From NCBI GenBank assembly GCA_038319835.1, contig JBBQDQ010000002.1, positions 2,010 through 66,009 of the forward strand: 64,000 bases of DNA. The letters run 5' to 3'. Shown here in pieces: positions 49,425 through 62,745 of the stretch. The DNA is from Thermoanaerobaculia bacterium (GTDB taxonomy: Bacteria; Acidobacteriota; Thermoanaerobaculia; UBA5066). The stretch's first letter is position 1; every line of letters starts with the position of its first letter. The notes beneath the pieces were generated by a model, which saw nothing but the letters and a program-made list of their open reading frames with translations, was not told the DNA's origin and did no database searches. A program made the position numbers and the translations under genes.

Positions 49425-50467
49425 GCCGGCCCGGCTCCGCCCAGTCCGAGAAGGTCCATGGCGAGGTGGAAGACGAGCGTCTTCCGCACGGACTCGCCGG
49501 GGCCCGTGGGCGGCACGCGCGCGCCGAGCGTCGCGGTGAGCGCGACACGCGAGCCGCCCGTGATCGCGTCGATCCGAGCGACCCGCGCCTCGACGAGCGC
49601 CGACGGGACCGGCGCCGCGAGATCGAGGCCGCGCCGCACCTCGTCCGGCCGCAGCGGCACCGCGTGGAAGACCGAGAGCGCCGCCGGTTCGTCCGCGGCC
49701 GGGACGCCGGGCAGGTCGACGCCCTCGAGGTTCAGCGCGAAGAGCGACTCGAACGCCGCGCGCTCCGTCCCCGCGAGCGGGTAGCGGAGCACGCTCCATG
49801 CGTCGAGGATCGTCATGACGCCGCCCGTCCAGTAGAGAACGCGGTCGTCGAGGACACGAAGGGCGGCGGGTGCCGATCTGGAGATCTCTTCGAGTGGAAG
49901 AGGGTTCGGCGGCGGCGCGTGCCGAAGGCGAAGCAGCTCGACCGCCTCGCCTCGTGCGTCGCATTCGACGCCGAATCCTCCCTCTCCGTCGACCCTCACG
50001 CTCAGCGTTCCGAAGCCGGTGGGAATCTCCTTCGATGGCGCATCCAGGCGGAGGAGCACGGGCAGCGGAAACGCCGCGTCCGCGAGGAGGCGCCGCCCTT
50101 CGATCGAGGCGACGACCGAACGGTGCGCCTCGCCCTTGTCGCGCTCCGCCTCCGCCCACGGGCGGGAGCAAAGGCTCTCCCCGATCTCGACTTCAAAGCC
50201 GAGCTCGCCCGCGAGCCACGCGAAGGCCCGCGCCCGCTCCTCCCCCGTCAAGCCGCGCTCCTCGTCGGGCCACTCCGCCGCGAACGCTTCCGGGTCGAAC
50301 GAGCTGGCTTCTCCCGCCGGGCGCGTGAGCGTCTCGCACGCGACGCGGCGCTGGAAGCGGAGAAACAGGTCTTCGAAGAAGGGCCCGTCCGGGAGCCGCG
50401 GCTCGAGGCCGAGCGCCTCGAGCCACGCGCGCGCCGCCGGGGCCGTCGGGCCGCCTCCGCGCGTCAA
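49421..50467 (-). CDS. arylamine N-acetyltransferase (NAT)-fold protein lacking the catalytic Cys
   Basis: TTG 50467 (TTGA overlap; alternative GTG 50515). ERGLTGEERARAFAWLAGELGFEV aligns with NAT RRGGYCFELNGLFERALRDIGFNV (Cys replaced by Gly). AHRSVVASIEGRRLLADAAF aligns with THRLLLVDVEDEQWIADVGF (His and Asp kept). Confidence 0.45.
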   Translation of the reverse strand: MTRGGGPTAPAARAWLEALGLEPRLPDGPFFEDLFLRFQRRVACETLTRPAGEASSFDPEAFAAEWPDEERGLTGEERARAFAWLAGELGFEVEIGESLCSRPWAEAERDKGEAHRSVVASIEGRRLLADAAFPLPVLLRLDAPSKEIPTGFGTLSVRVDGEGGFGVECDARGEAVELLRLRHAPPPNPLPLEEISRSAPAALRVLDDRVLYWTGGVMTILDAWSVLRYPLAGTERAAFESLFALNLEGVDLPGVPAADEPAALSVFHAVPLRPDEVRRGLDLAAPVPSALVEARVARIDAITGGSRVALTATLGARVPPTGPGESVRKTLVFHLAMDLLGLGGAGPA

Positions 50468-51252
50468 TGCGCGAGGGCGCGTGCGAGGCCCCTCTGACCC
50501 GTCTCGGAGAACCACGATTCGACGAATGCCTTGCGGGCGTCGGGCTGGATGTCCAGTGCGCGCTCGTGAGCCGTTCCGCGCAGGTCGCGCTTGATCGCGG
50601 CGTAGACCTCGCTCGGCGCGCCGCCGAGGCGCTGGGCGAAAGACACGGCCTCCTCGATCAGCCGGTCGGCCGGGACGATCCGGTCGATCGCACCGAGCTC
50701 GTGCGCCTCGGCGAACGGCATCGTTTCGCCGAGGAGCGCCCAGCGCGTGAGCGCCTGCTCGCCGACGGTCGTCCGCATCGCCTCGAGGTAGTGGCGCGGG
50801 ACGTGGATCCCGAGCGTGACCTCCGGGAGGCCGATCGTGCCCGGCCCCTGGGCCGCGATCCTGAAGTCCGCGGTCGACGCGAGGAGCGCACCCCCGGCGA
50901 CCGCGTGCCCCGTCAGGGCGACGACGAGCGGCTTGCCGAGGAGGAAGAGGTCGAAGAAGAGCGAGTCGAAGACGCGCACGAAGCGCGCGAACTCCTCGTC
51001 CGTCGCGTGGGCGAGCTTCCTCAGGTCGAATCCCGCCGAGAAGATCTTCGGGTTCGTCGACGTGAGGACGACGCCGCGGACGGAATCGTCTTCCTGCGCC
51101 GCGAGGGCGGCGTTGTGGAGGTTGTGCGCGAACTCCGTCGAAAGGGCGTTCGCCTTCCCGCGCGAGAGTGAGAGGATCCGGATCCCGCCGCGGTCCTCGG
51201 CGAGAACGTCGGTCGGGCGGTCGATCGTGGCGGCGGGGAATTCCGAGCTCAT
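50464..51252 (-). CDS. enoyl-CoA hydratase/isomerase (crotonase) family protein
   Basis: ATG 51252 (ATGA overlap with the pdxT stop). VVLTSTNPKIFSAGFDL and ALTGHAVAGGALLA motifs. Confidence 0.85.
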   Translation of the reverse strand: MSSEFPAATIDRPTDVLAEDRGGIRILSLSRGKANALSTEFAHNLHNAALAAQEDDSVRGVVLTSTNPKIFSAGFDLRKLAHATDEEFARFVRVFDSLFFDLFLLGKPLVVALTGHAVAGGALLASTADFRIAAQGPGTIGLPEVTLGIHVPRHYLEAMRTTVGEQALTRWALLGETMPFAEAHELGAIDRIVPADRLIEEAVSFAQRLGGAPSEVYAAIKRDLRGTAHERALDIQPDARKAFVESWFSETGQRGLARALAH

Positions 51253-51836
51253 GGCGCCGATTTTCGCACTTTTGCCGCGAGGAAGACGTCGAAGACGCGC
51301 CGGTCTTCGGTGAGCTCCGGGTGGAACGTCGCGGCCACGACGTTGTCCTTCTTGACGAGCACGGGATCGCCGTCGAGCCGCGCGAGGACCTGGACGCCGG
51401 CGCCGGCGCGCGTGATCTTCGGGGCGCGGATGAACACGGCCTCGAGCGGCGCCTCGCCGAGGGCGGCGCGGTCGAGATCGCCCAGGCGAACGACCGTGGA
51501 ATCGAGCTGCCGCCCGTACGCGTTCCGCGCGACCGTCACCGGGAGGAGGCCGAGCCCCTCCGCGTCGGGATTCGTCACGGCCTCCGCGAGAAGGATCGCG
51601 CCCGCGCACGTGCCGAGGATCGGATCTCCGCGAAGCGCAACGTCCCGGATGGCCTGCTCGATCCCGGTGCCTTCCATGAGCTTCCGGAACGTCGTGGATT
51701 CCCCGCCCGGGATCACGAGCCCCGTCGTAGCGAGGACTTCCGCCGCCGTGCGCACGGCGCGGGCGGCGACGCCGGCCCGGCCGAGGGCCGCAAGGTGAGC
51801 CTCGAAGTCGCCCTGGAGGGCGAGAACGCCGATCAC
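51249..51836 (-). CDS. pdxT: pyridoxal 5'-phosphate synthase glutaminase subunit PdxT
   Basis: GTG 51836. IGVLALQGDF, GTCAG (catalytic Cys) and ATFHPELT. Confidence 0.9.
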   Translation of the reverse strand: MIGVLALQGDFEAHLAALGRAGVAARAVRTAAEVLATTGLVIPGGESTTFRKLMEGTGIEQAIRDVALRGDPILGTCAGAILLAEAVTNPDAEGLGLLPVTVARNAYGRQLDSTVVRLGDLDRAALGEAPLEAVFIRAPKITRAGAGVQVLARLDGDPVLVKKDNVVAATFHPELTEDRRVFDVFLAAKVRKSAP

Positions 51837-51841
51837 GGAAC

Positions 51842-52750
51842 CTACCAGCCGCGGGTCTGGAGCAGCTCGGCCTCCGTGAGCTTCGCGGCCTCGATCCCCT
51901 TCATGCCCTCGCCGAGGTCCTCGGACGCCTTCGCGACGCGGGCCGGGTCCTCGAAGTGCGTCGTGGCCTCGACGATCGCACGGGCGCGCTTGGCCGGATC
52001 GTCCGACTTGAAGATGCCCGAGCCGACGAACACGGCCTCGGCGCCGAGCATCCGGCAGAGCGCGGCGTCCGCAGGCGTTGCGATGCCGCCTGCCGCGAAG
52101 TTCGGGACCGGGAGCCTCCCGTGCTGGGCGACCCACACGACGAGCTCGAACGGCGCCTGCAGGTTCCGGGCAGCCGTCATCCACTCGTCCTTCGTCAGGA
52201 GCGTGAGCGCCTTCATCTGGCGCGTGACCTCGCGGAGGTGCTTCACGGCGTGGACGATGTCGCCGGTCCCCGCCTCGCCCTTCGTGCGGATCATCGCGGC
52301 GCCCTCGCCGATGCGCCGGAGGGCCTCTCCGAGGTTCCGGCACCCGCAGACGAACGGGACCTTGTAGTCGTGCTTGTAGACGTGGTTCTCCTCGTCAGCC
52401 GGCGTCAGGACCTCCGACTCGTCGATGAAGTCCACCGCGAGGGCCTCGAGGATGCGCGCCTCGGCGAGGTGGCCGATGCGGCACTTGGCCATGACCGGGA
52501 TCGACACGGCGGCCTCGATCTCGCGGATCTTCGAGACGGGCGACATGCGGGCGACGCCGCCGTCCCGCCGGATGTCGGCCGGGACGCGCTCGAGGGCCAT
52601 GACGGCGGCCGCGCCGGCGTCCTCGGCGATCTTCGCCTGCTCGGCGTTCACGACATCCATGATGACGCCGCCCTTGAGCATCTCGGCGAGGCCGACCTTG
52701 ACGCGGAACGAATCGGAGGAGAACGGAGAAACGTAGGCGGGAGAAGTCAT
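51842..52750 (-). CDS. pdxS: pyridoxal 5'-phosphate synthase lyase subunit PdxS
   Basis: 302 aa. [34 protein letters not shown] and [10 protein letters not shown]. Confidence 0.95.
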   Translation of the reverse strand: MTSPAYVSPFSSDSFRVKVGLAEMLKGGVIMDVVNAEQAKIAEDAGAAAVMALERVPADIRRDGGVARMSPVSKIREIEAAVSIPVMAKCRIGHLAEARILEALAVDFIDESEVLTPADEENHVYKHDYKVPFVCGCRNLGEALRRIGEGAAMIRTKGEAGTGDIVHAVKHLREVTRQMKALTLLTKDEWMTAARNLQAPFELVVWVAQHGRLPVPNFAAGGIATPADAALCRMLGAEAVFVGSGIFKSDDPAKRARAIVEATTHFEDPARVAKASEDLGEGMKGIEAAKLTEAELLQTRGW

Positions 52751-52768
52751 CGGAGTTCCTTTCGTTCT

Positions 52769-54301
52769 TCAGATCTGGATGAGGGCCGCTTCCTTCGCGT
52801 CGCTCGCGTCGCGGGCCGCCTTCACGCGGCCCTTCTTCTGGCGGGCAGCCTGGCGGGCGAGATCGCGCGCGCAGGCGCCCGCGATCTCGAGGGCTTTCTC
52901 GAGGTCCGGGGAGGTCCCGCGCGCGACGGAGATGCGGATTGCGGACACGTCGGACTGGTCGGGCTGGTAGTCGGCGCCGGCCGAGAGGAGAACGCCCTGC
53001 TCGCGGGCCGCCGCGGCGAGGGCGCGCCCGGACACGCCCTCCGGCAGCCGCACCCAGAGGACCCATCCACCGCTCGGCCGCTCGACGGCCGTCCCGATCG
53101 GAAAACGCTTCAGGACGGTCCGGTGGGCGAGCGCGAGGCGGTTCTTGAGCCGCGCGCGGGTCCGGGCGAGGTGGCGGTCGTAGTCCCCACGCGCGAGGAA
53201 GAGGTTCAGCGCGGCCTGCAGGACGGGCGGCGACGTGAGCTCGCCGACTCGCTTGAGCGCCGCGAGGCGGTGGACGAACTCCTTCGGGCCCGCGATCCAG
53301 CCCACGCGGACGCCCGGGAAGAGCGCCTTGCTGATCGTCCCGAGGTGGATCACGTGCTCGGGGGCGAGGGCCGCCAGCGGGGGCGGGAGCTCGCCCTCGA
53401 CGAGGAGGTCCGCGTCGAACGCGTCCTCGACGATGAGGACGCCGGCCGCGGCCGCCCGGCGCGCGATCTCGGCCCGCCGCGGCGCCGAGGCGAGGAGACC
53501 CGTGGGGTTCTGGAAGTCCGGGATCGCGTAGACGAATTTCGGCCGCTCGGCCAGCGCGCGGTCGAACGCGGCAGGGTCCATGCCCTCGGCGTCGAGCGGG
53601 ATTCCGAGGAGGCGCGCGCGGTGGGCGCGCAGGAGGGACAGCGCTCCGGCGTAGCTCGGGCTCTCGACCGCGACCGCGTCACCCGGGTCGACGAGCGCGC
53701 GCGTGATGAGGTCGAGCCCCTGTTGGGCTCCGTTCACGATGAGGAGCGCGTCCGGGTCGGCCGCGATTCCCCGCCGCGACAGCCGCTCGGCCAGCGTCTC
53801 GCGGAGCGGGCGGTAGCCGAACGGCGAGCCGTACGCGAGGAGCGCGCCGTCGCGCGCGACCTCCGCGAGGAGCGCCGCGAAGGCCGCCGCGGGGAAATCG
53901 CGCTCGTCCGGCGCGAGGCGCGAAAGGTCGTAGGACGACGCGACCGGCTCGGCCGCCGGCGGCTCGGACACGATTCGGAGGAGGAGCGACGAGGCGATGC
54001 GGTCCCACGCGGGCGCCGGCCCGAGCACCGGGGCCGCGCTCGAGCGCCGCGCGACGCGCGTTCCGCCGCCCTTGTTCGTCTCGATCCACCCCTCGCGCTT
54101 GAGGAGCTGGAGCGCCTGGTGGACGGTCGCCCGGTTCACCTCGAGCGCGCGCGCGAGGTCGCGGGACGCGGGCAGGCGCTCTCCCTCGAGGTGCTTGCCC
54201 CGGCGGATGTCGCGGATCACCGCGTCCGCAATCGTCCGGTAGAGAGGCACCCGCGCGGCCGGGGTCGCGGGGTCTGCCGGTCCAGCGGCGGTCGTCGCCA
54301 T
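52769..54301 (-). CDS. pdxR: MocR/PdxR-type regulator (GntR wHTH + fold-type I aminotransferase domain)
   Basis: 510 aa. LPASRDLARALEVNRATVHQALQLLKREGWI is a GntR HTH, followed by an aminotransferase-like domain. Directly upstream of pdxST on the same strand. Confidence 0.82.
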   Translation of the reverse strand: MATTAAGPADPATPAARVPLYRTIADAVIRDIRRGKHLEGERLPASRDLARALEVNRATVHQALQLLKREGWIETNKGGGTRVARRSSAAPVLGPAPAWDRIASSLLLRIVSEPPAAEPVASSYDLSRLAPDERDFPAAAFAALLAEVARDGALLAYGSPFGYRPLRETLAERLSRRGIAADPDALLIVNGAQQGLDLITRALVDPGDAVAVESPSYAGALSLLRAHRARLLGIPLDAEGMDPAAFDRALAERPKFVYAIPDFQNPTGLLASAPRRAEIARRAAAAGVLIVEDAFDADLLVEGELPPPLAALAPEHVIHLGTISKALFPGVRVGWIAGPKEFVHRLAALKRVGELTSPPVLQAALNLFLARGDYDRHLARTRARLKNRLALAHRTVLKRFPIGTAVERPSGGWVLWVRLPEGVSGRALAAAAREQGVLLSAGADYQPDQSDVSAIRISVARGTSPDLEKALEIAGACARDLARQAARQKKGRVKAARDASDAKEAALIQI

Positions 54302-54305
54302 GCCC

Positions 54306-54338
54306 TTGACGTTAGAGCTTGGCCTAGACCAACGTCAA
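54306..54338 (-). promoter_or_regulatory. palindrome TTGACGTT-N17-AACGTCAA overlapping candidate -35/-10 of a leaderless pdxR promoter
   Basis: Minus strand reads TTGACG (18-nt spacer) TAACGT (7 nt) ATG of pdxR. The two 8-mers are perfect inverted repeats. Confidence 0.35.
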
Positions 54339-54386
54339 ACCGGCCGGAGCCGAAGGCCAACCAAAAGGGCGCCGGAGGCGGCCGGG

Positions 54387-54671
54387 CTACTCGCCGTGGG
54401 AGAGGAGCGCCGCGTAGGCGCGTTCCAGCTCCTCGGCGACGAGGAGGTCCCACTCGCGCGTGCCTTCGACGACGCGGCGCGCCCGCGCGCCGATCTTCGC
54501 CTTCACGGCTTCCGTGATCCGCTCGTTCTCCCGGTCCCACGCGAGGATCGCCTGGAGGATGTGGTTTCTGAGGAACTCGCGCTCGGCCGCGAGCGCAACG
54601 CCAGGCGTCTTCCCGAGGCGCCCGACCATCTTGTGCGAAAGGTCCACGGCGCGCTCGCGGGAGATCGCCAT
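54387..54671 (-). CDS. DUF507-family protein
   Basis: ATG 54671 (TGATG overlap with the upstream stop). 94 aa, helical. SRERAVDLSHKMVGRL... resembles DUF507. Confidence 0.55.
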   Translation of the reverse strand: MAISRERAVDLSHKMVGRLGKTPGVALAAEREFLRNHILQAILAWDRENERITEAVKAKIGARARRVVEGTREWDLLVAEELERAYAALLSHGE

Positions 54672-55318
54672 CAATGAATCCTTCTCGGTCCGTCGCCGGC
54701 CGGCGCGCGCAGAAGCGCGACGCCCTTCGCGGTGAGCGGGTGGTCGAACAGCTTGTCGAGGACGGAGAACGGCAGCGTCGCGACATCCGCCCCGAGGGCG
54801 GCCGCGTCGAGGACGTGGATCGGGTTCTGGATCCCCTGCACGCAGATCTGGGTCTCGAGGCCGGCGTTGTCGTAGACGCGCACGATGGACTCGACGACGT
54901 CCATCCCGATCTGGCCCGCGTCGTCCAGCTCGCCGACGGACGGGCTGACGTACGCGCTTCCCGCGCGCGCGGCGAGAAGCGCCTGCGAGGCCGTGAAGAC
55001 GAGGCCGACGTCCGTCGCGATCTGCTCGTCGCCGAGGAGGCGCACGACCCGCAGACCCTCGCGCGTCATCGGGACGCGCAGGACGACGTTCTTCCCATGC
55101 TTGTGGAGCTCGCGGGCTTCCTTGTACATCGCCTTCGGGTCGCCCGCGGCGAGCGTCGCGACGACCGGCCCGTCGCCCACCTGCGCGAGCTCGGCGAGGA
55201 GGCGGCGCGTGTCGCGCCCGGCGGCCGCGTCGGGCCGGAGGAGGATCCCGTCGAGGAGGCCCCACTCGCGGACGCGGCGCGCCTCGTCGGCGTCGGCGGT
55301 GTCGAGGAAAAAGCGCAT
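54671..55318 (-). CDS. transaldolase/Fsa-fold protein with degenerate active site (probable pseudoenzyme)
   Basis: 215 aa, collinear with short (TalC/Fsa-type) transaldolases (MRFFLDTAD..., YVSP.VG.LDD, NPIHVL). The Schiff-base Lys context VVKIPMT is VLRVPMT, and GVTTNP is GILLRP. Confidence 0.8.
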   Translation of the reverse strand: MRFFLDTADADEARRVREWGLLDGILLRPDAAAGRDTRRLLAELAQVGDGPVVATLAAGDPKAMYKEARELHKHGKNVVLRVPMTREGLRVVRLLGDEQIATDVGLVFTASQALLAARAGSAYVSPSVGELDDAGQIGMDVVESIVRVYDNAGLETQICVQGIQNPIHVLDAAALGADVATLPFSVLDKLFDHPLTAKGVALLRAPAGDGPRRIH

Positions 55319-55339
55319 GGGGGGCGGAGTCTACGCCGC

Positions 55340-57949
55340 CTACGCGGTCGCCGGGCCCTCGGCCGGGGGTGCGCCCTCCGCCGGGGTCTCCCCGTCGCCG
55401 CTCGGGACGTCCTCGCCGGTGAGCTTCGCGACCGCGACGACGCGGTCGCCCCCGGCGAGGTCGATGAGCTTGACGCCCATCGTCGCCCGGCCCGTCTCCC
55501 GCACATCCGAGACCGCGATCCGGATGAGGATCCCCTGCTCGGTGATGAGCAGGAGGTGGTCGGTCTCCGTGACGGACGAGACGCCGACGACCGGGCCGTT
55601 CTTCTCGGTGACCTTCACGTTGATGACGCCCGTGCCGCCGCGGCCCTGCTGGCGGTATTCCGCGATGTCCGTCCGCTTGCCGTAGCCCTTCTCGGTGACC
55701 GCGAGGAGCGTTCCGGACTCCTCGACGAGGTCCATCTCGACGAGGACGTCGCCCTTGCGGAGCTCGATGCCCTTGACGCCCGTCGTGTCGCGGCCCATCG
55801 CGCGCACGTCCGTCTCCTCGAACTTGATCCCCATCCCGTTGCGTGTCCCGAGGAAGACCTTGCGCGTCCCGTCCGTGATCTGAGCCGAAAGAAGCTCGTC
55901 ACCCTCCTCGAGATTGATCGCGATGATCCCCTTCTCGCGCGGGTTCCCGTACGCGGAGAGGACCGTCTTTTTGACGGTGCCGTTCCGCGTCGCGAAGAGG
56001 AGGAAGCGGTCCTCCGGGAACGTCCGCGTCGTCGCCATCGCGGCGAGGCGCTCGCCCTCCTCGAGGGCGAGGAAGTTCACGAGGGCTTTGCCGCGCGTCG
56101 CCGGCGCGAGCGAGGGCAGGTCGTAGACCTTGACCCAGTGGACGCGGCCCTTGTTCGTGAACGCGAGCAGGGAGTCGTGCGTGGACCCGACGAAGAGGTG
56201 CTCGACGACGTCCTCGGCCGCCGTCGCGGCGCCCGTGCGGCCCTTTCCGCCGCGGCGCTGCGCGCGGTAGACGGAGAGCGGCGTGCGTTTCGCGTAGCCG
56301 CCTCGGGAGATCGTAAGGACGACCTCCTCCTCGGCGATCAGGTCCTCCATCTCGAGCGTGCCGGCCTCGGCCTGGATGTCCGTCCGGCGCGGATTCCCGA
56401 AGCGCTCCTTCGCGGCGAGGAGCTCGGCGCGGATGATCGCGGCCACGCGCGCGGGTTTCGCGAGGATGTCCTTGAGGTCCGCGATCCGGGCGAGGACCTC
56501 GCGATACTCCGCGAGGATCTTCTCGCGCTCGAGGCCCGTCAGGCGCTGGAGGCGCATGTCGAGGATCGCCTGCGCCTGCACCGCGTCCAGCCTGAGGAGG
56601 CCGTCCGCCGTGCGTGCGGAGGCCGAGATCTCGAGCGTGTCGACCCCGAGGAACTTCTCGAGGGCGGCCTTTTCGACGACGACCTCCGCCGCGAGGCGGT
56701 CTTTCGCCTCGGCGGGATCCTTGCTCGACCGGATGATCGCGATGACCCGGTCGAGGTTCGCGAGTGCGACGGCGAGCCCGAGGAGGATGTGGGCGCGCTC
56801 CTCGGCCTTGCGGAGCTCGAACTGCGTGCGCCGGACGACGACCGACCGCCGGTGGTCGAGGAAGTGGCGGAAGAGATCCTTCAGCGGGAGGACGCGCGGC
56901 TGCCCGTCCACGATCGCGAGGAAGATGATCCCGAACGAGGACTGGAGCGGCGTGAGCGAGAGGATCTGGTTCAGGACGACCTGCGCGACGGCGTCGCGCT
57001 TGACGTCCACGACCACCCGCATCCCCTCGCGGTCGGACTCGTCGCGGATCGCCGAGATCCCCTCGAGCCGCTTCTCGTTCACGAGGTGCGCGATGAGCTC
57101 GATGAGCCGCGCCTTGTTCACCTGGAACGGGATCTCCGTGATGACGATCGACTCGCGGTCGCCCTTCTTGTTCTTCTCGATCTCCGCCTTGCCGCGGACC
57201 TGCAGGATGCCGCGCCCCGTGCGGTACGCGTCCACGATGCCCTGCCGCCCGAGGATGATGCCGCCCGTCGGGAAGTCGGGGCCGGGCAGAACCTTGATCA
57301 GGGCCGCGAGGTCGGCCGCCGGATTGTCCAGCAGCAGCACCGCCGCGTCGCACGCCTCGGCGAGGTTGTGCGGCGGGATCTTCGTCGCCATCCCGACCGC
57401 GATTCCCTCCGACCCGTTCACGAGGAGGTTCGGGAACGTCGACGGCAGGACGGTGGGCTCCTGGAGCGAGCCGTCGTAGGTCAGCGTCCAGTCGACCGTC
57501 TCCTTGTCGATGTCGTCGCCGATGAGCTCCTCGGCGAGCCGGGCGAGCCGGATCTCCGTGTAGCGCATCGCGGCGGCCGAGTCGCCGTCCACGGAGCCGA
57601 AGTTGCCCTGCCCGTCCACGAGCGTCTCGCGCAGCGAGAAGGGCTGCGCCATGCGGACGATCGTGTCGTAGATCGCCGAGTCGCCGTGCGGGTGGTACTT
57701 GCCCATGACGTCGCCGACGATGCGCGCGGACTTCTTGTACGGGCGGCCCGCGCGGTTTCCCTGCTCCCACATCCCGAAGAGGACGCGGCGGTGCACGGGT
57801 TTCAGGCCGTCGCGAACGTCCGGAAGCGCGCGTCCGACGATGACGGACATCGCGTAGTCGAGGTAGCTCCGCTTGATCTCCTCTTCGATGGAGACTGGGA
57901 ACTTCTCCGTGGGGTCGATCGTCGGGGGCTTCTCGGGGGTGTCGGCCAA
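55340..57949 (-). CDS. gyrA: DNA gyrase subunit A
   Basis: 869 aa. [20 protein letters not shown] (active-site Tyr) and C-terminal beta-pinwheel repeats. Confidence 0.97.
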   Translation of the reverse strand: MADTPEKPPTIDPTEKFPVSIEEEIKRSYLDYAMSVIVGRALPDVRDGLKPVHRRVLFGMWEQGNRAGRPYKKSARIVGDVMGKYHPHGDSAIYDTIVRMAQPFSLRETLVDGQGNFGSVDGDSAAAMRYTEIRLARLAEELIGDDIDKETVDWTLTYDGSLQEPTVLPSTFPNLLVNGSEGIAVGMATKIPPHNLAEACDAAVLLLDNPAADLAALIKVLPGPDFPTGGIILGRQGIVDAYRTGRGILQVRGKAEIEKNKKGDRESIVITEIPFQVNKARLIELIAHLVNEKRLEGISAIRDESDREGMRVVVDVKRDAVAQVVLNQILSLTPLQSSFGIIFLAIVDGQPRVLPLKDLFRHFLDHRRSVVVRRTQFELRKAEERAHILLGLAVALANLDRVIAIIRSSKDPAEAKDRLAAEVVVEKAALEKFLGVDTLEISASARTADGLLRLDAVQAQAILDMRLQRLTGLEREKILAEYREVLARIADLKDILAKPARVAAIIRAELLAAKERFGNPRRTDIQAEAGTLEMEDLIAEEEVVLTISRGGYAKRTPLSVYRAQRRGGKGRTGAATAAEDVVEHLFVGSTHDSLLAFTNKGRVHWVKVYDLPSLAPATRGKALVNFLALEEGERLAAMATTRTFPEDRFLLFATRNGTVKKTVLSAYGNPREKGIIAINLEEGDELLSAQITDGTRKVFLGTRNGMGIKFEETDVRAMGRDTTGVKGIELRKGDVLVEMDLVEESGTLLAVTEKGYGKRTDIAEYRQQGRGGTGVINVKVTEKNGPVVGVSSVTETDHLLLITEQGILIRIAVSDVRETGRATMGVKLIDLAGGDRVVAVAKLTGEDVPSGDGETPAEGAPPAEGPATA

Positions 57950-57950
57950 C

Positions 57951-61612
<3,662 letters not shown>

Positions 61613-61620
61613 GAAGCCTT

Positions 61621-62745
61621 TTACATCCGCATCGGCATGACGACGTAGAGGTAGCTCCGGATGCCACCAAGGGGCTCCCCGGGCCGCCCCTGGCACTGGG
61701 CCTGCTCGTCCTTCACGAAGAGGTGGACGTCCTTGGTCTCGGCTGCCTCGAGGAACTGCTCGAGGTAGCGCGCGTTGAGGCGGAGCGTCACGGGGGTCGC
61801 GTCGTAGGCAGCCGGAATCTCCTGCGTGCCGTCGCCGACCTCCTGGCTCTCGGACGAGACGACGATGGAGCCCTTGTCGAACGCGAGGCTTACGGCCTTG
61901 GTGCGATCGCCGGAAAGGAGCGCAATGCGCCGGACGGCTCCGAGGAGCTCCTCGCGCGGGACGACGGCTTTCTTGTCGTTTTCCTTGCTGATGACCTTTT
62001 CGTAGTCGGGAAAGCGGCGCTCGTCGAGCTTCGAGAAGAGCTTGCGATTCCCGACGACGAATCCGATGTGGTTCGTGCCGCGAACGATCGTCACGGCCGC
62101 GTCCTCGGCCGCGTCGAGCTTGCCGAGCTCGTCGAGGATCTTCTTCGAGACGAGGACGGGCTCGAAGCCCGTGTCCGCCGTGGAGCCTTCGACCTCGACG
62201 AGCGCCAGGCGGTGGCCGTCCGTCGCAACCATTTCCACGACGCCGTTCTTCGCCTTGAGGAGCGCGCCCTGAAGCTGCAGGCGCATCTCCTCCGTCGAGA
62301 CGGCGAAGCGGACCTTGTCCACCATCCGGCGCAAGGCTCCGAACGGCAGCGTGAGCGACGGGCCTCCGGCCGGCTCCGGCCGGGTCGGATAATCGCCGGC
62401 AGGCAGCCCGTTCAGCCGGATGCGCAGCTTCGGCTCCTTGCATTCGAGAGAAACGTGGTTGTTCTCGAGCACCCGGAGCTTGAGCTCGGCGTTTGGCGGC
62501 AGCTCGCGCACAACGTCGTAGAGCCGCCGGGCGGGGGCCGTGACGGCCCCGGCGCTTTTCTGCGAAGTCGTCGGTATCTCGGACACGAGCGTCGTGTCGA
62601 GATCCGTCGCGGTCAAGGCGAGTACGCCGTTTCGCGCTTCCAGAAGCACGTTCGTGAGAATCTGGTGGGTGGTTCTCTTCTCCACGACGCCCTGTATCAG
62701 GCTGAGTTCGCGGGCGAGAACCGAGGCCGGTATTGTCAGCTCCAC
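61621..62745 (-). CDS. dnaN: DNA polymerase III beta sliding clamp
   Basis: 374 aa, GTG start, three-domain clamp. Sits between dnaA and recF. Confidence 0.95.
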   Translation of the reverse strand: MELTIPASVLARELSLIQGVVEKRTTHQILTNVLLEARNGVLALTATDLDTTLVSEIPTTSQKSAGAVTAPARRLYDVVRELPPNAELKLRVLENNHVSLECKEPKLRIRLNGLPAGDYPTRPEPAGGPSLTLPFGALRRMVDKVRFAVSTEEMRLQLQGALLKAKNGVVEMVATDGHRLALVEVEGSTADTGFEPVLVSKKILDELGKLDAAEDAAVTIVRGTNHIGFVVGNRKLFSKLDERRFPDYEKVISKENDKKAVVPREELLGAVRRIALLSGDRTKAVSLAFDKGSIVVSSESQEVGDGTQEIPAAYDATPVTLRLNARYLEQFLEAAETKDVHLFVKDEQAQCQGRPGEPLGGIRSYLYVVMPMRM

